A DNA stretch of 63,855 nt, counting the filler. It is 4 parts of 4 records of this genome, joined end to end, with 100 filler letters (N's around TTAATTAATTAA, not from the genome) between each part and the next. Parts side by side here need not be neighbours in the genome. Positions count along the whole stretch, not along the records: positions 55,819 to 63,855 come from DRR378314_952; 3 more parts are not named here. One strand, given 5' to 3'. The notes beneath the pieces were generated by a model. It was not told the DNA's origin. It did no database searches and saw nothing but the letters and a program-made list of their open reading frames with translations. A program made the position numbers and the translations under genes. Below, in pieces: positions 58,039-63,855 of this stretch; position 1 is the first letter of the stretch, and every line of letters begins with the position of its first letter.

Positions 58039-58773
58039 ATGGACCCACGCTTTACTCAGCTTCATCTTGATCCTCAGGGCGCGACACCGCTTTATCAGCA
58101 GTTAGCGCGCCAACTAGAACAAGCCATTGAGACGGGCGCTTGGCAAGCTGGCGAAGCGTTGCCTTCGGAGCGCAATTTGGCTGAAAGCTTAGCGGTTTCG
58201 CGCATCACTGCGCGGAAGGCATTGGATCGCCTAGCAGAGCTTGGATTGATTCACCGTAACCGTGGCTCGGGCACGTTTATTGCCCCTCGCCTCAATCAGT
58301 CCTTGTCACGGCTCGCTAGTTTTACCGAGCTGCTGACCCAGCGTGGGTTTACGCCGAGTTCTCATTGGTTGGAACGCAAGCTGGCCAATCCCAGTGCAGA
58401 AGAGAGCATGCGCCTTGGCCTGGGGGCTGACGCTCAAGTCGCGCGTCTCAAGCGTTTGCGTTTAGCCGATGAAGTGGTAATGGCGGTGGAAGAGAGTTGC
58501 CTGCCCATCTCGGTGCTGCCCGATCCTCTCCGGGTCGATACATCGCTTTATGCAACGTTGGAAGCCAGCGGCAGAGGCATAGCACGTGCTTTGCAGCATG
58601 TGACGGCTATCAATGCCAGCGCAGAACTAGCCATGCTGGCTGAGGTGCCTGAGGGCCAGGCGTTGCTCAAAGTGACGCGTCTAGGCTATCTCGCAGATGG
58701 CTCTCCGGCGGAGCTTACCGTTACCTACTGCCGCACTGATTATTACGACTTTATGGTCGAGATGACCCGCTAG
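58039..58773 (+). CDS. GntR/HutC-family regulator of GlcNAc utilisation (NagQ-like)
   Basis: PLYQQL...LPSERNLAESLAVSRITARKAL...GSGTF wHTH plus a UTRA domain. First gene of the nag operon. Confidence 0.9.
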   Translation: MDPRFTQLHLDPQGATPLYQQLARQLEQAIETGAWQAGEALPSERNLAESLAVSRITARKALDRLAELGLIHRNRGSGTFIAPRLNQSLSRLASFTELLTQRGFTPSSHWLERKLANPSAEESMRLGLGADAQVARLKRLRLADEVVMAVEESCLPISVLPDPLRVDTSLYATLEASGRGIARALQHVTAINASAELAMLAEVPEGQALLKVTRLGYLADGSPAELTVTYCRTDYYDFMVEMTR

Positions 58774-58781
58774 GAGGTTTT

Positions 58782-59897
58782 ATGCAGTTTGGCAATATTC
58801 TCACCTCTGAGGGCTGGCGCCTGGGAGAGATCCACTGGGAAGACGGGCGTATTAAGCGCATTGACGGCGATCCGGTAGATCCTGATACCAATGACCATCC
58901 ACGCATTATTCCCGGCTTTATAGATTTGCATGTGCATGGTGGTGGTGGTGCCGACACCATGGAGGGCGGCACAGCTGTTGCCACCCTAGCGCGCACCCAT
59001 GTGCGCTTTGGAACTACCCGTTTGCTTGCTACCACCATGACGGCGCCAGATGAGCGGATCCGTCAGGTGCTAGGCGATATCGCCCGCTATATGGAAGCGC
59101 AGGAGCCGGACGCCGCCAAGGTGTTGGGCGTCCATTTGGAAGGTCCTTATATCAATCCTGGCAAGCTGGGTGCTCAACCCGCCTATGCGCGTAATGGGGT
59201 GATTGAGGGGGTGGATGAGCTGTGTGCTTTGGCCCCCATCCGCTTACTGACACTTGCCCCTGAGTTAGCTGGCCACTATGCATTAATTCGCCATCTCAGC
59301 GAACGCGGCGTGCGGGTTCAGATAGGGCATACGCTTGGCAGCTATGAAGAGGGCGTTGAGGCATTGGCTCATGGTGCCTGCGGGTTTACTCATCTGTTCA
59401 ATGCCATGACCGGACTGCATCACCGCAAGCCGGGAATGGTCGGCGCAGCGCTCGCCCATGCGCAGTACGCCGAAGTGATTCCTGATCTGCTGCACGTACA
59501 CCCTGGTGCCATCCGTGCCGCCTTACGTTGCATCCCTAATCTCTACGCGGTTACCGACTCCACGGCAGCGGCAGGCATGCCAGACGGTGATTACCGTCTA
59601 GGTGAGCAGACCGTCACCAAATGTCTGGGAGGTGTGCGTTTGGCTGACGGCACTTTGGCAGGCAGTACGCTGACCATGGATCAGGCGTTACGTAACTTCG
59701 TTAGCCTCGGTCTTACCCTGGCGGACGCCTCGGATCGCCTGTCACGTTTCCCCGCCGACTTCCTGGGGATCGACGACATTGGCCGCCTGCAAGAGGGCGC
59801 ATTGGCGGATCTGGTCATCCTTGACCCCCAACTTCAACTCCAAGCGGTCTATGTCGAAGGCCGTCATATCTGTGGAAACGCCCAAGGAGCCTCATAA
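58782..59897 (+). CDS. nagA: N-acetylglucosamine-6-phosphate deacetylase
   Basis: PGFIDLHVHG, HLEGPY, THLFNAM and GTLAGS. Confidence 0.95.
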   Translation: MQFGNILTSEGWRLGEIHWEDGRIKRIDGDPVDPDTNDHPRIIPGFIDLHVHGGGGADTMEGGTAVATLARTHVRFGTTRLLATTMTAPDERIRQVLGDIARYMEAQEPDAAKVLGVHLEGPYINPGKLGAQPAYARNGVIEGVDELCALAPIRLLTLAPELAGHYALIRHLSERGVRVQIGHTLGSYEEGVEALAHGACGFTHLFNAMTGLHHRKPGMVGAALAHAQYAEVIPDLLHVHPGAIRAALRCIPNLYAVTDSTAAAGMPDGDYRLGEQTVTKCLGGVRLADGTLAGSTLTMDQALRNFVSLGLTLADASDRLSRFPADFLGIDDIGRLQEGALADLVILDPQLQLQAVYVEGRHICGNAQGAS

Positions 59898-60917
59898 ATG
59901 TCTTTGATGCTTGAAGAAACTCGCAACGCCCCTGAACGTGTTCGCGGTCAGTTGCAGCGTAATCACGCGTTGCTTGCTGCACTAGGTGAACGCTTGCGCC
60001 TTGCCGAGCCGACTGCCGCAGTCACCGTGGCGCGGGGCAGTTCCGATCATGCCGCCAGCTACTTCGCCTACCAATGTATGCAGCGTAAAGGCATTCCGGT
60101 GGCCTCGCTGCCTCCCTCGCTGACTACCCTGGCTAAGGCACCTTGGCGACTAACAGGGCAATTATCCTTGGCGGTTTCCCAATCTGGACAAAGCCCTGAC
60201 CTAGTGGCGATGCAGCAGTCGCTCGCTGCCGCTGGGGCTCGAACGATAGCGTTAGTCAATACGCCGCAGTCGCCTCTGGGCGCGGCCAGCGATAGTGAAA
60301 TTCCGCTCTACGCGGGAGAAGAAAAAAGTGTCGCTGCCACCAAAAGCTACTTGGCCACGCTTTCTGCCATGGCGCAGCTTATCGGCCACTGGCAGGAAGA
60401 CCGCCTGCTACTCACTGCTTTGGAACAACTTCCAGAACGCCTGACCCAGGCCCTGGCGATGGATTGGTCCCCGGCCATCGAGGCATTACTAAATGCCGAC
60501 AAGATGATGGTGATTGGTCGTGGAGCAGGTCTTGCAGTCGCTCAGGAGGCGGCGCTCAAGTTTAAAGAAACCTGTGCGATTCAAGCGGAATCCTTTAGCG
60601 GTGCCGAAGTTCGCCATGGTCCGATGGCGCTGATTGGCCCTGATTATCCGGTGCTGGTCTTCGCGCCACCAGGGCCTGAACAGGCTGGTTTGCTGGAGTT
60701 AACCGAGTGGCTCAAGAGTGTTGGCGCCCGGGTAGTCCTTGCTGCCGACAAGAGCGTGGTACAGCGCAATTTGACCTTGGTAGATGCGGGTCATGAGGCT
60801 CTGCAGCCACTGTCAGTGATTCAGAGCTTTTATCAAATGGTGGCTGGTCTTGCAGAGGCCCGGGGAAGCGATCCAGATCGCCCACGGCACCTCAATAAAG
60901 TTACCTGCACCCTGTAA
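59898..60917 (+). CDS. SIS-domain glucosamine-6-phosphate deaminase (NagB-II, GlmS isomerase-like)
   Basis: ARGSSDHA, SQSGQSPD, SVAATKS, EAALKFKE, RHGP and PDRPRHLNKVT. No glutaminase domain. Confidence 0.9.
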   Translation: MSLMLEETRNAPERVRGQLQRNHALLAALGERLRLAEPTAAVTVARGSSDHAASYFAYQCMQRKGIPVASLPPSLTTLAKAPWRLTGQLSLAVSQSGQSPDLVAMQQSLAAAGARTIALVNTPQSPLGAASDSEIPLYAGEEKSVAATKSYLATLSAMAQLIGHWQEDRLLLTALEQLPERLTQALAMDWSPAIEALLNADKMMVIGRGAGLAVAQEAALKFKETCAIQAESFSGAEVRHGPMALIGPDYPVLVFAPPGPEQAGLLELTEWLKSVGARVVLAADKSVVQRNLTLVDAGHEALQPLSVIQSFYQMVAGLAEARGSDPDRPRHLNKVTCTL

Positions 60918-60920
60918 CGT

Positions 60921-60930
60921 ATAACAACAA
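60921..60930 (+). promoter_or_regulatory. A-rich ATAACAACAA motif upstream of RBS (candidate Hfq/Crc site)
   Basis: An identical 10-mer occurs at 63497-63506 before nagE. Confidence 0.45.
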
Positions 60931-60946
60931 TCTTGGGAGTCCTCCC

Positions 60947-63526
60947 ATGTCAGATTCAAATCAATCATTAACGCTGCGGGCCCCCGTGGCGGGGGTTGTG
61001 GTACCCCTAACAGCGGTGCCCGATCCGGTTTTCGCCAGCCTAACCCTGGGAGAGGGCATTGCTCTCGATCCACTGGGCGAATGCCTGCATGCTCCCTGTG
61101 ATGGTGAAGTGGTGCAGTGCGCGCGTACCCATCATGCGTTCACCTTGAGAACCGAGGCGGGTGTTGAATTGCTGCTTCACCTTGGCCTGGATACGGTTGA
61201 GTTAAACGGAAAAGGTATTGAGCCTTTGGTCGCCGTAGGTGATCAAGTGCGCGCGGGTGATCCGCTGTGCCGCTTCGATGCCGATGCGTTAGCGCTGGGC
61301 GCAAGTGCGCTGATTACCCCATTGGTGATCACCGAAGCGGCTGGTTGGCAATTACTGCCGTCGAAGCACCGCGAGGGTGAGCAGGTTTCCCTTGGTGAGC
61401 CTTTGCTGGTACTAACCCGCACGGCTACTGAGCAATCCGATACACGTACTGACGGGCCGTTAGCTGAGCGCCGCGTGACCCTAGCCTTGGCATCGGGGCT
61501 GCATGCGCGACCGGCTGCCCGACTGCGTGCTATTGCTCGCGAGCATAACGTTAATCTGACGGTGCAACATGAGGGTTCAAGCGACAACGCTGCCAGTGCT
61601 AGCGCCGCTAGTCTTAGCGCATTAATGAACTTGGGCCTGACCGAAGGCGCAACGTTAAAACTGACTGCCCAGGGAGAGGCTGCTGAGGTTGCGCTGGATG
61701 CCGCCGAGCGTCTGTTGACCACGCCTGAAGCCGACGAACATAGCGCACCTGCGTCGTCTACATTAACCGCAGTGGCACTTAAAGAGGGCGAACTGGCTGG
61801 CTTAGTGGCTAGCCCTGGTTTAGCCATCGGTCCGCTTGTCTCTTATCAATTGCCGCTACCCGCCGTGCCCTTGATGGGCGAGGGCGAAGCCGTTGAGACA
61901 GCTCGCTTGAAAAAGGCGCTGTTAAGCGTTGGCGAGGCGTTAGCCAACGCTGAAACGCAAGCAACACGCCAGGGGCAGAGCGCCGAGGCGGAAATCTTTG
62001 CTGCCCATGGCGCCTGGCTCGATGATCCCGATTTGGCGGCAGCGGCAGTTAAGCTCATTAGTGAAGGTCGCAGCGCAGGCCAAGCTTGGCGTGAGGCGCT
62101 TGATGGCGAGGCCGCAAGGCTTGCGGCGAGCGGAAATGCGCTGCTTGCCGCCAGGGTTGCAGATCTGCGCGACTTGCAGCGCCGTGTGATGGTGGAGCTA
62201 AGCGACGACCAGCAAGCGGCACTTCCTGAGCTGCCTAAAGGGGCCGTCGTCGTTGCTGATGAGCTGACACCCTCAGAGCTGGTGGCCGTTGCTACCCAGC
62301 ATCCTGCTGGGCTGTGTCTCGCGGGCGGCGGCACCACTTCCCATGTGGCCATTTTGGCACGCGCCCGAGGTATTCCCTGCCTCGTGGCCATGGGGGCGAG
62401 CCTAATCGACGCTGCTAATAGCGCCACAAACGAGAGCGTCATTCTAGATGCGGAAAATGGGCGCTTGGCGTTGAGCCCTAGCGCTACTCAACGGGCGGAA
62501 GTGGCAGAGCGCATTGATGCTCGCCGTTATGAAGCTGAACAAGCGCAAGCGTTAGCGCATGAACCAGCGATCACTCTGGACGGGCGAGAAATTGAGATAT
62601 GCGCCAATATCGGTGGCGCCGAAGAGGCGCGTTTGGCGGCAGAGTCGGGTGCTGATGGTGTAGGCCTACTGCGCAGTGAGTTCCTGTTTCTTGAGCGAGA
62701 TAGCGCCCCCAGTGAGGCGACTCAGCGTGATGAGTATCAGGCTGCGGTGAAGGCCTTAGATGGCAAGCCTGTGATTATTCGCACCCTGGATATTGGTGCA
62801 GACAAGCAGCTTCCTTATCTGCGATTGCCGTCAGTACCTAACCCAGCGCTGGGCGTGCGGGGCGCTCGTTTGTGGGCCAGCCAGCCTGAACTGCTGGAGA
62901 CCCAGCTGCGAGCGCTACTCGGCGTTACGCCGTTGGAAACGTTACATATCATGCTGCCGATGGTGACCGAGGTTGGCGAGCTGCGCGAAGTGCGCAAGCG
63001 CTTAGAGACGTTGGCCAGCGAAATGGGGCTCGATGCGCGGCCGCGCCTTGGTGCCATGATCGAGGTGCCTAGTGCTGCTCTGTGCGCCAGAAGCCTCGCT
63101 GTTGAAGCTGACTTTCTGTCAATCGGCACCAACGATTTAACCCAGTACACCCTGGCGATGGACCGTGAGGACCCGGCGCTCACCGCACGAGCGGATGTAT
63201 TGCATCCCGCGGTGCTGCGGCTGATTCAAGCGACGGTAGACGGCGCGAAAGGACACTGCCCCGTGGGTGTCTGCGGTGCCGCCGCGGGTGATGAGCGGGT
63301 CGCGCTTCTGCTCGTCGCGCTGGGTGTCGATGAACTCTCTGTAGAACCTGCACGTGTGCCTGCAGTGAAAGCTGCCCTGCGTTGCCTGAATGCTGCCGCA
63401 CTGGCAGATGAACTTCCCGCACTACTGGCCTTGGACGATGCGACCGCTGTACGCCAGCACTTAAGCGCGTGGCTTGCTAAGGCCAACCAAACCGACATAA
63501 CAACAACGACCCTTGAGAGGTGCTGA
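60947..63526 (+). CDS. PTS multiphosphoryl transfer protein EIIA-HPr-EI (NagF-like)
   Basis: EIIA (DPVFA, LLHLGLDTV), HPr (GLHARPAA) and EI (TSHVAILAR, GVGLLRSEFLF, SIGTNDLTQY) domains in one 859-aa ORF. Confidence 0.95.
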   Translation: MSDSNQSLTLRAPVAGVVVPLTAVPDPVFASLTLGEGIALDPLGECLHAPCDGEVVQCARTHHAFTLRTEAGVELLLHLGLDTVELNGKGIEPLVAVGDQVRAGDPLCRFDADALALGASALITPLVITEAAGWQLLPSKHREGEQVSLGEPLLVLTRTATEQSDTRTDGPLAERRVTLALASGLHARPAARLRAIAREHNVNLTVQHEGSSDNAASASAASLSALMNLGLTEGATLKLTAQGEAAEVALDAAERLLTTPEADEHSAPASSTLTAVALKEGELAGLVASPGLAIGPLVSYQLPLPAVPLMGEGEAVETARLKKALLSVGEALANAETQATRQGQSAEAEIFAAHGAWLDDPDLAAAAVKLISEGRSAGQAWREALDGEAARLAASGNALLAARVADLRDLQRRVMVELSDDQQAALPELPKGAVVVADELTPSELVAVATQHPAGLCLAGGGTTSHVAILARARGIPCLVAMGASLIDAANSATNESVILDAENGRLALSPSATQRAEVAERIDARRYEAEQAQALAHEPAITLDGREIEICANIGGAEEARLAAESGADGVGLLRSEFLFLERDSAPSEATQRDEYQAAVKALDGKPVIIRTLDIGADKQLPYLRLPSVPNPALGVRGARLWASQPELLETQLRALLGVTPLETLHIMLPMVTEVGELREVRKRLETLASEMGLDARPRLGAMIEVPSAALCARSLAVEADFLSIGTNDLTQYTLAMDREDPALTARADVLHPAVLRLIQATVDGAKGHCPVGVCGAAAGDERVALLLVALGVDELSVEPARVPAVKAALRCLNAAALADELPALLALDDATAVRQHLSAWLAKANQTDITTTTLERC

Positions 63527-63527
63527 A

Positions 63528-63855
63528 ATGTCTTCTACGACCTTCGGTTCCCGCCTGATGGGCGGGCTACAGCGGCTTGGCCGCTCTCTGATGCTACCCA
63601 TCGCGGTATTGCCTATTGCAGGTCTATTGCTGCGCCTTGGGCAGCCTGATCTGCTGGATATTGCCTTTATTGCTGGCGCTGGCCAGGCCATTTTCGCCAA
63701 CCTGGCGCTGATTTTTGCCATCGGCCTCGCCGTAGGCTTCGCGGATGATAGTAACGGCGCTGCCGGCCTGGCCGGGGTGATTGGCTATCTGGTGCTAGAT
63801 GCGGTGCTGACCGCGCTTAACCCTGAGATTGATATGGGGGTGCTGGCAGGGATTA
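63528..63855 (+). CDS. nagE: PTS N-acetylglucosamine-specific EIIC(B) component, 3' partial
   Basis: ATG 63528 gives MSSTTFGSRLMGGLQRLGRSLMLPIAVLPIAGLLLRLGQPDLLD, a Glc/GlcNAc EIIC signature. It runs off the window. Confidence 0.92.
   Translation, partial: MSSTTFGSRLMGGLQRLGRSLMLPIAVLPIAGLLLRLGQPDLLDIAFIAGAGQAIFANLALIFAIGLAVGFADDSNGAAGLAGVIGYLVLDAVLTALNPEIDMGVLAGI

Overview
This window is not one locus. It is four unrelated contigs joined by 100-nt artificial linkers (N44-TTAATTAATTAA-N44 at 30727-30826, 45514-45613 and 55719-55818). Contigs 1 (1-30726) and 2 (30827-45513) come from an intron-rich, GC-rich microbial eukaryote with GT-AG introns, mostly GTRCG donors. Splicing them by hand gives an NKPD1/Kidins220-like KAP P-loop NTPase, a FAM173-like methyltransferase, PP1 inhibitor-3 (Ypi1/PPP1R11), a probable Nsl1/Mis14 kinetochore protein, a membrane-anchored pepsin-family protease, an SDR, a Sec14/CRAL-TRIO protein, a partial myosin, an orphan poly-Asp protein, an OFCC1-like protein and presenilin. 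Contig 3 (45614-55718) looks like Roseobacter-group Alphaproteobacteria and carries a tightly coupled operon (haloacid dehalogenase, hydrolase, PLP dehydratase, EEP-fold protein, pcaD, pcaB-like lyase, Tet-like MFS, Zn-ADH), an FKBP PPIase and a THUMP methyltransferase. Contig 4 (55819-63855) looks like Halomonas-type Gammaproteobacteria and carries rnb plus a GntR-nagA-nagB(SIS)-EIIA/HPr/EI-nagE GlcNAc PTS operon with a six-copy 11-bp-period operator. I found no CRISPR array, mobile element or structural RNA gene, and no unambiguous novel system. The best leads are the protist KAP NTPase, the protease tail with PSAP/PTAP and GYxxPhi motifs, the head-to-head mitotic gene pair with E2F-like sites, and the coupled Roseobacter operon. 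Eukaryotic gene models are manual, and all family and taxon calls rest on recalled motifs, not database searches.
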